A stretch of DNA of 37,714 bases from Octopus bimaculoides. Its lineage: Eukaryota. Of the stretch, positions 1 through 10,817 are shown piece after piece. Position 1 is the stretch's first letter; the number at the start of each line of letters is the position of its first letter. The DNA lies in assembly GCF_001194135.2 (NCBI RefSeq), contig NC_068983.1, forward strand, positions 149,088,331-149,126,044, written 5' to 3'. A program made the translations under genes and the position numbers. The notes under the pieces were generated by a model. It did no database searches and was not told the DNA's origin. It saw only the letters and a list, made by a program, of their open reading frames with translations.

Positions 1-110
1 TATATACATACATATATATATACATACATACATACACAATACATACATACATACATACATACATACATACATACATACATACATACATACATACATACAT
101 ACAAATACAT
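1..110. repeat. (TACA)n microsatellite
   Basis: Direct tandem TACA units with a few interruptions. Confidence 0.97.
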
Positions 111-438
111 TTCAAACGCTTGATTTCAAATGTACGAAACAAATTCTGGAACAGACTTAGAGAAGAAGCAAAATGTTATTCAACAAAAATTCTAGGATGA
201 CAAATTCAAATTCCAAGGTATCATCTTCAACAATATCGATAAATATGTACAGGGTTATTCAAAACGAATGAACCGATTTCATTACGCAATATTTTATCAA
301 GGAAAAGCAAGCCACAAATATTTACTCACAAGTAACTTGTATTTTCTGTTTTACAAGTGTTCAATGAGGCCACCACCTGCAGCACGGACAGCATCAATGC
401 GATAAGAGAATTTCTCCTAGACGCGTATCAGCATATCA

Positions 439-572
439 AAAGCAAGTTCATTATGGAACTAAAGAATAAATTTGCTTTGCTTGAGGCGATTCCAGAAGAT
501 ATTGACATAGAAGGGAAATGGAAAAACTTCGATAAAGCATTCAACCAGACAGCCAAAGTACTCAGTGGATCG
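439..572 (+). mobile_element. RTE-clade LINE fragment, post-endonuclease linker
   Basis: Translation IKSKFIMELKNKFALLE...IEGKWKNFDKAFNQTAKVLSG resembles the F..EL.NRF..L...W..FK.A...TA.EVLG linker of RTE ORFs (recognised by eye). Confidence 0.65.
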
Positions 573-950
573 TGATATGTTGATACGCATCTGGGAGGAA
601 TCATGCGTAGAGCCGACCAGGTCCACTAGTGTTCTCCATCGCTGGCAGTTTCATGCCAGTCCCTCTGGTGACGTTGCCAGTTCCCAAGGTGACGTTGAGA
701 CGCTGGAGGTCTTCCCCAATCGCATCCAGCCATTTGATGCTGAACCTGTCACGAGGCCTCTTCCAGCCCGCAGCAACTGCATCGAATAAGAGTAAAGCTC
801 TGGTACGATGATCCAGCGAGAAACGGAGGACATGTCTGTACCCGCGCACGCGACGACGGATAGATGTGAGGTGGGAGGCTGCGGGCTGATGCGTGGGCGC
901 ACGCAATTCTTTGTTGGAAACGTGATGGTACCATCTGTTGTTCTCGATGT
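573..950 (-). mobile_element. RTE-clade LINE 3' fragment (RT C-terminus and short 3' UTR), degenerate
   Basis: Minus translation RWYHHVSNKELRAPTHQPAASHLTSIRRRVRGYRHVLRF...WKRPRDRFSIKWLDAIGEDL matches the W...VSN.EL...RRLRW.GHVLR...KRPRGRP...W.D.I..DL end of RTE reverse transcriptase ORFs. Confidence 0.85.
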
Positions 951-970
951 ATATACATAACGCTTTCTAT

Positions 971-989
971 AGAGACAGACAGACAGATG

Positions 990-1085
<96 letters not shown>

Positions 1086-1090
1086 TATAG
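971..1090. repeat. Compound (AGAC)n(AGAT)n microsatellite
   Basis: Direct tandem repeats. Confidence 0.97.
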
Positions 1091-1327
1091 ATTTGTAAAT
1101 AATTTGCTAAGAGATTTTAAATTACGTGTAAATTTTAGTAGTGTGACCGTAGATGGAAGAATGAAAATGTATTTACGACATAGCCATGGTATTAAAATAT
1201 AAATGGATTGTAAATATGAAGGTGTGACTGTTAATTAGATAGCATAAAAGACAAAATAGTGCTTCAGTTTTGCTATAGGGGGATTTATTTTACCTATTTG
1301 GATACTTTATTGATTTAAAACACCTAC

Positions 1328-1645
1328 CTGTGTACCAAACTTAACGTATATACACTGTTGAAAGACATGATGCCGTGTTTTTGTCTGAGAGAAAATCTCT
1401 TCATAGGCATGTTGTGTGAGAAACACAATATACATCGGAGCGAGAACATCATCCCAACAGCGATCCACGAGAAAGTCAGATGCTTCGGCCCTTTTGGGGC
1501 TTGACAATGACATGTACCCACTTGCCACACGCCGCAATAAAATTCGTCCCTTCGATATATTGGAAGCCGGGAATGATAAATCCACTGGTGTTGCGGAAAG
1601 CTTTCCAGGTTGAATTAAACTCGCTCCGATATATGCCCCGTGGTG
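1328..1645 (-). CDS. Candidate internal coding exon of an unidentified gene (106 codons, phase 0/0)
   Basis: Minus-strand acceptor tttcttattatcag| at 1645 and donor CAG|gtaggt at 1328. The 318 nt between are one open frame (HHGAYIGASLIQPGKLSATPVDLSF...CIYVKFGTQ). The segment is more GC/CpG-rich than its flanks. No protein family recognised. Confidence 0.45.
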
Positions 1646-3384
1646 CTGATAATAAGAAATACTTCCTTACACACACACAAGCCTGAAGTCCCTGTAACAA
1701 GCTTCAAAATATCCGGCAATCAAGCATTTCAAAGCCAACGGAGATCTACATTCCTTTATATTTCCTGCTTTACCAACTTCTTATTCTTTCACGCCTCGCT
1801 GTATATATTTTCTCCCCAACAGAACAAATTTTCACATATTCCAGCCTCTATCATCATGTCAAGCATTTACACTCAAACACAACATACATTCATGCATATA
1901 TACATACGTACGTATGTGCGTACGCAAATAGGCAATGTTTTAAATTTGCATTAATCTTGTTATTTCCCTCGGAGCCTTTTATAACTTTCTTTAAATTCTC
2001 TGTTAACTTTTCAGGTTTCTTTTTTTTTTTTGTCTTTCAGAAACTGAAAAGCCATTGTAAACAGGAGCTGTAAATCATCGCAACCTACTATAGTTACACT
2101 AAATTAGTGTACAAAATATACAGCACATATTACCTACCAAATATAACTGATATTGAAATAAAACGCTGACATTAACTAATATGTCTTCCTTCAGATTGGT
2201 TTACAATGGATAATAAGAAGTCTTATAATTTATCATATCGTTTACAAAACCATATTCAGGATTTACAGAAAATTGGCAAAGTATATAAATGGTTACGTGT
2301 CTGGTGATCGCCATATAGATAAAATGTAGCCTTAGCAGTCATAAGAACGGTAGTTATTACTCTATCTTTGCCGCTGTGCCTTTCATCAAGACGTCACGAC
2401 AATACGGCTGCCTTTATATAAAAAAGAAATTAAATTGTGTCGGCCCACTCAGTACACCGGGTCAAAATTATGTACTATCGGATGGAATAACTTTGCATTG
2501 TATATTGAATTTCCGTTTATTACTCGGAGTTCGATAAAATAACTACCAGTAATATATAAGAATCGATTCACTCGACTTTAGCTCTTCCTCAAACACAATT
2601 GGCCTAATGTCTAACGAGGAAATCGATATTTGTTGGTTAGTAAGACTAAAAGAAAATATGAAGTTATCTTGTTTGGAAGGATGATTAATTCAACAAAAAG
2701 GGTAAAAAGAAAAGAGAATGCTTTGAATGTGAAGTAAAATGATAAAATATGAGAAACTGAAAACTACAGGCAATATTGACTCTACGTTTCCAATATTGTC
2801 AGAAAGATTAAAAAGACAATTTATTAATAAGAATATAAAAACAAAACAGAACGCTCAAATCGATACCTGTTAGTTCTTTCGTTGTCTCTGAAGAATTCCG
2901 GGAACAGGTTTGGAAAATATGTAATGGATTAAGCGGAAAGGAAAACGCTGCCGGTGTACATATGTAACTATCCTTTATAAATGTTTGCCTGAGAAAAAAT
3001 GTGATAAGGTGGAGGAATGTGTAGCGAGGAAAGACAACATAAGCTCAGTACATACAAACTGATGCGTAATAAAATATTTCTAACTCATGTACACAAACGG
3101 CAATATCTATAGAAACATAGCTGAATATTTGCAGTCGTATGAAGAAACCGAACGCTATTTCTAATACAGAAACACGGCCGAAACTTTTTGTTTGCAGTTG
3201 AATGAATCGAGCTCAAATCTGATGTGTATTTTTGATCGACCCGGAAAAGATGAAAACCAAACAAAAATCGGGATTTGAGTATAGAAAATATACTTGTCCG
3301 GCACTCTACCGATTCTAACAAACCCATATTCTGATATTTGATTCAAATTTAAGTGCAATGCCTCAGATTTTCAGTTAATTGACT

Positions 3385-3995
3385 CCAAGTACTTGACAGA
3401 CACTTTATTTTACTAACTCTAGAAGGACGAAAAATGAAATTGACCACGGCAGGATTAGTACAAGGCACGTAAAGAGCCGGATAAAATGCAGGAAAGCAGT
3501 TTTACTGCCGCTCCACCGACTCTGCTGATCCGCCGCTGTTCAGACTAATAATTCTTTCTTTTATATAGGCAAAAGGTCTGGAATTTTAGGGGAGGGGGCA
3601 AGTCGATTATATCGCGCACAGTGCGCAGCTGGTACTTATTTTATCGATACCGAAAGGATGAACGGTAAATTTGACCTCAACATAATTTAAACTCAGGACG
3701 TAAAATTAGATGACATGCCAATAAGCATTTTGCCCGGCGAAACACCCTGATAATAATGCTTCTATTATCATTGGCACAGTCGCAGTTTTCTGGAGATGGA
3801 GACAGTCCACTAGATTTTTAAGTGATTTCTAATGTAAACATCCGGAAACATTTTTAGGGTAAGTACAGTTTGGTGAATAGAGACTGGTAGTCCATGCTTT
3901 TCATGTATTTGCGTTATCAAACCCAAATGGTGGAAAGACAAAGTCGGTCCACGCGGGATTTTAATGCAGAACGTTGAAGAACATAACGAAATACA
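3385..3995 (-). mobile_element. Three degenerate tRNA-derived SINE copies (about 3385-3540, 3555-3745, 3875-3995)
   Basis: Each carries decayed versions of ...tttatcgaccccgaaaggatgaaaggcaaagtcgacc...atttgaactcagaacgtaaa, seen intact at 4074-4217 and 29438-29622. Confidence 0.7.
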
Positions 3996-4073
3996 TTTAA
4001 AATAATAAAGATATGTAATTAATTACTTCAAGGTGATCTGTTAAGATTGTCACCCATTAAAATAAAGATTTCT

Positions 4074-4217
4074 TATTTCTTTATTGCCCACAAGGGGCTA
4101 AACATAGAGAGGACAAACAAGGACAGACAAAGGGATTAAGTCGATTACATCGACCCCAGTGCGTAACTGGTGCTTAATTTATCGACCCCGAAAGGATGAA
4201 AGGCAAAGTCGACCTCA
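4074..4217 (-). mobile_element. 5'-truncated young SINE with perfect 22-bp TSD
   Basis: acccattaaaataaagatttct occurs at 4052-4073 and 4218-4239. The insert is nearly identical to the 29438-29622 unit. Confidence 0.93.
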
Positions 4218-4244
4218 ACCCATTAAAATAAAGATTTCTGCCAT

Positions 4245-4400
4245 ATAAACAAGGTCATGAATTTTTCGTTGGGAACGGAACAGTTCCATTATTTGATAGA
4301 CCCCATTACTTGACTGATAGTTATTTTATCGACTGATTGATAAAAGGCAAAGTTGATCACTGCGAGATTTAAACTCAGAATGTATGACTGTATAGTTAAA
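4245..4400 (-). mobile_element. Degenerate SINE copy
   Basis: gatagaccccattacttgactgatagttattttatcgactga...aaaggcaaagttgatc...atttaaactcagaatgta is a decayed version of the same family. Confidence 0.6.
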
Positions 4401-4416
4401 TATCAGTTCGGTTAAT

Positions 4417-4425
4417 CTCTCTCTC

Positions 4426-4499
<74 letters not shown>

Positions 4500-4510
4500 T
4501 CGCTCCCCTC
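4417..4510. repeat. (CT)n microsatellite
   Basis: Direct tandem repeat. Confidence 0.97.
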
Positions 4511-5234
4511 TGTGTTAATACCAAATGTAGTCTCTAAAGAAAACACACAGACAATCATGAAATAGAATTACCGTAAGGAAGAAAAAAAATGCTTGTGTGT
4601 GAGTGGGCATGTATGCGTGTGTATGTTCATATAAATGTGTGTGTGTGTACACACATACACACATTCATACATACGTACACACACCTCCATAATACATACA
4701 TTCATACAAAGAATATGTGTGTAAATGTCATGCCATCATGAAGGACATAGGCTTTTATGGCCAGAAAATCTAGGAGACATTATTAATGAGCGTCTCGAAA
4801 TTTGTAGTGAATAAAAGGAAGAAGTTAGGTCTCTATTTTATAAAGAAGGCAGCATTGTTACCCTGTTATGTAACAACTACAGCCATTTAGATTGGTTGGG
4901 AAATACATATGGCATACATCAGACTACAGACTACGATAATACAAACAGCCTCTGAGAATTAGAAGAAAATATGACAGATAGCATGTATGTTTATATGTGA
5001 TTTCTTTGCGTAATCAACCCGTTGAATTATGCGAAAAGTTTCAGAGGTAAAATAAAATAAAATTCTCAATGCAACCACTGTTAGAAGATAGATCTGCCGT
5101 CTTAATATAGATTGTTGCACAGTTCTACTCTGTGAGTAGAGGATATGAAATATGATACAGCCAGTCATTGACTGTAAAATTCTTGCTCAAATGGATTATA
5201 ATTTCCATTTTGATTTATGACGAAAGATATATAT

Positions 5235-5560
5235 TTCAAGAGAATGAAAAGTGGTACCGGCACATAGTTGAAATATTTCTGGAATACGAGAAAACGGAAA
5301 TATTTTGGAAATTTAACATAGAAAAGATTCGAGTTTTAGAACACTGAACATTCGATATTGAAGTTGCTGGCAAAGAAACGAATGAATATTTTATAATTAA
5401 CGCTGTTATATCAAGGGACTACACTATGTCTCATAACGAGTGCCACAAACAATTCCGAATTCCTGAAATCAAATTAGACTTTACAAGAATGTGAAAGGAA
5501 ATAAGTGTGATACCAGTAATTATCCTAACATTAGGATAATTTATCCAGAAATGTTTTCAT
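5235..5560 (+). mobile_element. Old R4/Dong-type non-LTR fragment (restriction-like endonuclease domain)
   Basis: Translation ENEKWYRHIVEIFLEYEKTEIFWKFNI...LEH*TFDIEV..KETNEYFII...ISVIPVIILTLG aligns by eye with KWYRHRVERVLESEECKILWDFAIQ...NRPDITIVD...VKVVPIISGAMG of the element at 16601-18512. Contains stops. Confidence 0.7.
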
Positions 5561-6159
5561 TCTCTCTTTCACAATTACAAGTAAAAACAAACATCAACAC
5601 TACGAAAAGAATCTGCCATGCATGAAAATGTCAATGTCATTTTGGAAAGTATAACTTCCCGAGATTTTTTTTTCTCGTACTCCACGCCCTTGTGTATATA
5701 AATATAATTATTTCTAATTTCAGCACAAAACCAGACATCTGAAGGTGGAGTATAGTCAATCATGTTGACCCCAATATTTGAGTGCTACTTATTTTATCCT
5801 CCTCCTCCCCCCACCAAAATAAATGAAAGACGTAGTCGATTCTGGATTCCAGAACATAAGGAGATGCAAAAAAATGCTGCAACACGTCACGTCTGACAGT
5901 CTCCCAATTCTGCCTTCCATCGTCCTACTTATTGAGATATGAACACATGATATTTAAATGGAATTCTTTCTGGTTTAGCATTGTAAATATTCTTACTCGT
6001 AGGGTTGCCCTCTATATAGGTTAGGAACTATTCCATTCTCAAAATCACTCGCGCGGCATAAAACAGAAGTGGTAATTGGAACTGTATCTTGGTTGTATTT
6101 TTTCTATGAGAAACCATTATGTAATTGGGATCTTGTTCAAAACGGGGACACCAGTATTT

Positions 6160-6405
6160 TCTTAACGAAACACTTTGAAACTTGGGACACTGGTAGAATG
6201 TGTCATATAAAACATCTTTTTCTCTTAGTCTTCTTAACAAAAAAACGTACATCGCAAGTTATTTCATGTTAAAGTTGTCGTATTTCTGTAATTTCAACCA
6301 ATGACTGACGTCCATTCAGCCGAATTCATTAAGTGCTGACTACGTAAACAAACGATTCTGAAACGATTCTGGCGGTGGTAAAATTATTATTTCATTGTCA
6401 AAAAA
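6160..6405. mobile_element. Unclassified interspersed repeat fragment (probably non-autonomous DNA transposon)
   Basis: Recognised from memory as a recurring cephalopod repeat; includes a small tandem aaacgattctg duplication. No termini identified. Confidence 0.35.
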
Positions 6406-6435
6406 TTGCTGAAGCATATTGGCAGTAGCTAATAA

Positions 6436-6490
6436 ACCTTTCTATTATAGGCACAAGGCCTGGTTTTTGAGGGAAGGAGCAAGTCAATTA
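6436..6490 (-). mobile_element. SINE 3'-end fragment, truncated at a telomeric run
   Basis: ctttctattataggcacaaggcctggtttttgagggaaggagcaagtcaatta parallels ttcttttatataggcaaaaggtctggaattttaggggagggggcaagtcgatta near 3555-3610. Confidence 0.7.
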
Positions 6491-6517
6491 GGATTAGGGT
6501 TAGGGTTAGGGTTAGGG
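6488..6517 (+). repeat. Interstitial telomeric-type repeat TTAGGA(TTAGGG)4
   Basis: Four perfect TTAGGG units at 6494-6517 preceded by one variant unit. Confidence 0.9.
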
Positions 6518-6824
6518 AAAACGAACACACGTGTGTTGCCTCTCTGCAAAATGTCAGAAGTAATGGAGATTAAATACGCTTTACACCGCTTAAACTGCCA
6601 AAGGAGTAAGTATAAACAGCTGAATACTTGTCAGTGATTGGTTGAAATTATCGAAATAAGACAATTTTTTACATGAAATAAATTAGAATACAAATTTTTT
6701 TTTTCTGTTCTATAACACAAAATAGATAAGTATACGAAGTTTGAAAGTCTTTCAGTACCAAAAACACTACATAAAATATAAATGAAAACTGGTGCCCCCG
6801 TTTTGAACAAGATCCTGTAATTGT

Positions 6825-7195
6825 GACAACTACAACAAACAAAAGATGAAAGTAAGAATAGCGACGAACACGAATACAACAACCAGTTGACGACGGCGGC
6901 GACCCCGAAGACGACAACGACGGCGATGATCATCACTACCACCAACACCACAATGTCCACGATGAGGACTACGACCACGATAAAAGCAACTCTAGCGACA
7001 GCTATGGCTACCAAAACGACAACGACTACTAGGGCGACGGCGGCGGCGACGACGCACAGTTGCCAAGACGAGGACGAAGACGCCGCCGACACCGCCACCG
7101 ATGACGACTACGACGACGGCGAAGAAGAGGAGAAGGATCATGATTTTGATAGTGATGGTAGTGGTGGTGGTGGTGGTGGTGATGTCGGAGGATAA
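6825..7195. repeat. Degenerate compound trinucleotide tract (ACA/ACG/GAC to GAT/GGT)
   Basis: Low-complexity triplets; they account for the ORFs 6631-7098 and 6887-7195. Confidence 0.9.
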
Positions 7196-7553
7196 AAAGC
7201 AGTCAGTTACAAATTTGTTACAAGAACATCAATGAAATATGCAACGGAACTGCAACAGAATATTCGAAAATAAGATGAGATTTCAGTCACAGCGATAAAG
7301 ATAAGACGATACGGTTGTAAAGTACACGATTAGATTTTTATCCACAACTCCGTTATAATGCAGTGTATTCATCTATTTTTAGGGGGAACCGGTGCAAAAG
7401 GAATCGTAACTTGTGATCTTACCAGATCTACTTTGGCTGTCTACTATCGCTCAGTTGTGTGCGCCATCTTTAAAATTTACACACATATAGACAATACAAA
7501 ATACAGGAATATACAGTGGAGAATATGGTCCTATGTATATTATTTTTTAACAG

Positions 7554-7667
7554 AAGACGAAGTGGTCACGGCTGGAATGCATTTGGTCATTGACCTACTC
7601 AATCAAGTTGATCTGATGCAAAGCAATAAAAGGAGTACAACTGAACCAATGAAGAAATCTTTACATG
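7554..7667 (+). CDS. Candidate internal exon (114 nt, phase 1/1)
   Basis: Acceptor tattttttaacag|, open frame EDEVVTAGMHLVIDLLNQVDLMQSNKRSTTEPMKKSLH, weak donor G|gttaat. No family recognised. Confidence 0.3.
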
Positions 7668-7836
7668 GTTAATTCACGGATCTATTCCATCTCAATCACA
7701 GATTTTAGATCCTAATTGACTTGCTAAAAATAGCAATCATACCTTACTATCTCAAACAGAAAGAACACATTAGATAACGAGGTCTTTTATACCCTTATTG
7801 AGACGGGGTGCTGTAGGTTGGTCATAGGCCTCCTCA

Positions 7837-7935
7837 GGCCGGTTTATGGGATTGCTTTAGGTTTCTCGTCCATAAAGGATTTAGCTTTATGGCGTATCGT
7901 CAGATCCCAAAACCTATTGGCCCAATAAACCGGCC
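7837..7935. repeat. Nested imperfect foldback, about 100 bp
   Basis: ggccggtttatggg (7837-7850) / cccaataaaccggcc (7921-7935); taggttt (7858-7864) / aaaccta (7910-7916); ccataaag (7870-7877) / ctttatgg (7885-7892). Confidence 0.75.
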
Positions 7936-8007
7936 TTCCCCATTTTTAATATATACATCTATATCTTAGAGCGTGCTTCTACTCTCGGATTTACGTTTTC
8001 TACAGAC

Positions 8008-8046
<39 letters not shown>

Positions 8047-8166
8047 AATTAAAACATAGGGTAAAAAATCAGATATTAATTGATATCGATTTATTACCAG
8101 GAAGCTAGCACATTGAAAGAATCAGAGAGATTCAGAAAAAATATCTGAGATCTCTGGGGATTAATG

Positions 8167-8299
8167 TATATGTTTATATATAACGATGACCACTAAGTGG
8201 ACATTTAATGTGCTAGAAGAAGATCACATGTTAGACAGGTGATCTTCTTCTAGCACATTAAATGTCCACTTAGTGATCATCTTTATATATAAACATATA
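8167..8299. repeat. Long near-perfect inverted repeat (MITE-like hairpin)
   Basis: 61-bp arms at 8167-8227 and 8239-8299, two mismatches, 11-nt loop, TA-rich ends. Confidence 0.95.
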
Positions 8300-8304
8300 T
8301 ATAT

Positions 8305-8348
<44 letters not shown>

Positions 8349-8469
8349 TATCAGTTAAAGACATTGCGAGTAGTTGGTATATAAATCGAGTAAGGACGAG
8401 TAAAGGAACAAACCAGTGGCTTCATACATCTACGACAAATAACATTGTCCGATTTGGATATAGATCCAA

Positions 8470-8655
8470 TAATTTAGAGGAAAGGGTTTAATCGATATCA
8501 TAGACTCCAGTACATGACTGACACTTTATTTTTATCACCCCGGAATGGAAGAAAGACAAAGTGGAGCGCAGTGGGATTTGAATTCAGAGCGTAAAGAGAT
8601 GGAGGAAATACTACAAAACATTATTTCCGACGCTCTAACGATTGCGCCAATTCAC
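8470..8655 (-). mobile_element. Degenerate tRNA-derived SINE
   Basis: gtttaatcgatatcatagactccagtac...tttatcaccccggaatggaagaaagacaaagtgg...ggatttgaattcagagcgtaaagag; same family as 4074-4217. Confidence 0.7.
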
Positions 8656-8959
8656 GAGAAGTAATAACTGCCTTCGAAAGGTGAGAAAAATGTTTTTAGA
8701 GTGCTTTATATAATATGAAAATGAAACTTTTAATCCCACAGCCGCTAAAGAGATGAACAGTCACCGAAGCAGCTAGATTCCTCCCCGCAAGGTAAACAAA
8801 ATGCATTATATGTTCCATGTATTCTTCATGTAGCATATTCGCGGTCCATTCTTCTCATTGTATTTAATTCACACAGACACCAGCTTAGTTATTGTGCACT
8901 TACAGAATTTAAATATTTCGTTTGGATGAACTAAAATTGTACTACAAAGCTTCATGTGC

Positions 8960-9028
8960 ATTTATAATCTCTCTCTCTATCTATCTATATATCTATATAT
9001 CTATCTCTATCTATCTATCTCTCTCTCT

Positions 9029-9066
<38 letters not shown>

Positions 9067-9068
9067 TA

Positions 9069-9108
<40 letters not shown>

Positions 9109-9123
9109 TACACACACACACAT
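8960..9123. repeat. (CT)/(CTAT)/(CA)n compound microsatellite
   Basis: Direct tandem repeats. Confidence 0.95.
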
Positions 9124-9666
9124 TCAGGACCGAGTGTCATACAAGACTGATCGCTTTTCGCTCACCACTACTCTTCGACCTGTTACTTCGTCCTCTACCA
9201 GCCACCTAAACCCATTCGCTACAAACACTTTTTTTTTCTCGCAGCGACACTCCTACAATGACTTTGTCACCTTTATCGAATCTAACCTCAGGCTCTGTAC
9301 TTCACTTTTCACAATCTTTCTTCCCATAACTGCCTCTTATGGCACGCCTTTCCTGTCTATATTTTCAGCCAAACAACTGACTTACAAAACTTCAAATGTT
9401 TAAATTGAACATCAAACGCATTGATCCTACCAAACTATCCCTCCTACTGCTGTGTCTATAACGACCTGAAAGAGTTACAGACGAACTCATAAAATAAAAT
9501 ACATTTGTGTGACTCTCCATTTCTGTGTTCACAAGATACTTGATTAGTAATGTCTTGTAAATTGTGACAGATAATGAAAAGATAATTATTGGTACCATAA
9601 CCAATGAAAGTTATCCGAGGCATAGTTATTGCTAGTTGAAATTGTTAAAATTATGGTATATTAAAA

Positions 9667-9693
9667 TTGTTGTTGTTGTTGTTGTTGTTGTTG

Positions 9694-9746
<53 letters not shown>
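9667..9746. repeat. (TTG)n(TAG)n microsatellite
   Basis: Direct tandem repeats. Confidence 0.97.
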
Positions 9747-9897
9747 TGCTATTTTAACGGTGTCGTTTTGGTCTTCATTATCGTTAGCCTCCATCATCAT
9801 TACTGTAACTAACAAAAAGAGGAAAGTCTTTGTGAGATAAAATGATTGATTGCGGAATGAAAAAAAAAAATTCGAAAACAATACTGTTTGAAAACAA

Positions 9898-9937
<40 letters not shown>

Positions 9938-10096
9938 GGAAAACAGTACACAAAGCCAAACAGATAATGGAAACGCAACGATCTTGTTTCTACAGCCATT
10001 TTGTGACAGAATTCTTTGAAACAGAGGAGGGGGGAAAAAAACAACGGAGGAATGACTAAAAAAAAATACTAATTATCTCAAAACATTCATTTCTGG

Positions 10097-10250
10097 NNNN
10101 NNNNNNNNNNNNNNNNNNNNNNNNNNNNNNNNNNNNNNNNNNNNNNNNNNNNNNNNNNNNNNNNNNNNNNNNNNNNNNNNNNNNNNNNNNNNNNNNNNNN
10201 NNNNNNNNNNNNNNNNNNNNNNNNNNNNNNNNNNNNNNNNNNNNNNNNNN
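10097..10250. other. Assembly gap (others: 13216-13740, 25535-25617, 26891-27572, 29753-30515, 34479-34665)
   Basis: Runs of N. Confidence 1.
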
Positions 10251-10757
10251 TGTGTGTGTGTATGTGTTTGTGTATGTGTGTGTGTGTGTGCGTACGTGCG
10301 TGTGCATGCCTCTGTGTATGTGTATGTGTATGTATATAAGCGTGTGTGTATATGTGTGTGCGTATGCATGTACGTACTGATATATTTGCATTTATGGGTA
10401 CACATACACACACACACATATATTTGTATACATCCAGTTATGCATGCTGTGCATGTGTGTATATAAGTGTGTGTACGCGCTGATATATTCAAGAATATAA
10501 GTGTGTATGAGGCTGATATATATATATATATATCATCTGCAGTATGTGTGTGCATACGTGTGTGTGCGTGTGTATGTATGTATATGTGTGTTTGTTGTAT
10601 GTGTGTGTGTTCGTATCTGTATACAAAGGAAGATAGAAGTAGATGGGCAGATAGATTATTTATTTATTTATTTATTTATGTAACAGCAGGATCAAAGAAT
10701 GGAATGTTTATTTAATAGCTCCTCTGATTTGGGTTTTTTGTTTTGTAATTTACTTAC

Positions 10758-10817
10758 CAAGATATCATCTTTCGCCCCTCTCCACATTCAATCTTCATTA
10801 TTTGGACAGTCCTTTTA
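10758..10817 (-). CDS. Weak candidate exon (60 nt, phase 2/2)
   Basis: Consensus donor TTG|gtaagt at 10758. Only one frame is open (KRTVQIMKIECGEGRKMIS). The acceptor cacttctaag| has a poor pyrimidine tract. Confidence 0.2.

Noticed and set aside
2195-2307. Acceptor-like site followed by the short ORF MDNKKSYNLSYRLQNHIQDLQKIGK
   Set aside because: Weak donor, short AT-rich ORF and no recognisable homology.
2888-2925. CTGAAGA...GAAA as a hammerhead
   Set aside because: No convincing stem II, stem III or stem I pairing.
6631-7195. 155-aa Val/Ala-rich and 102-aa Thr/Asp-rich ORFs
   Set aside because: They are translations of a degenerate trinucleotide tract.
9245-9403. Strong acceptor ttttttttttctcgcag followed by an open frame
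   Set aside because: No donor found, no homology, and the upstream ORF portion is microsatellite.
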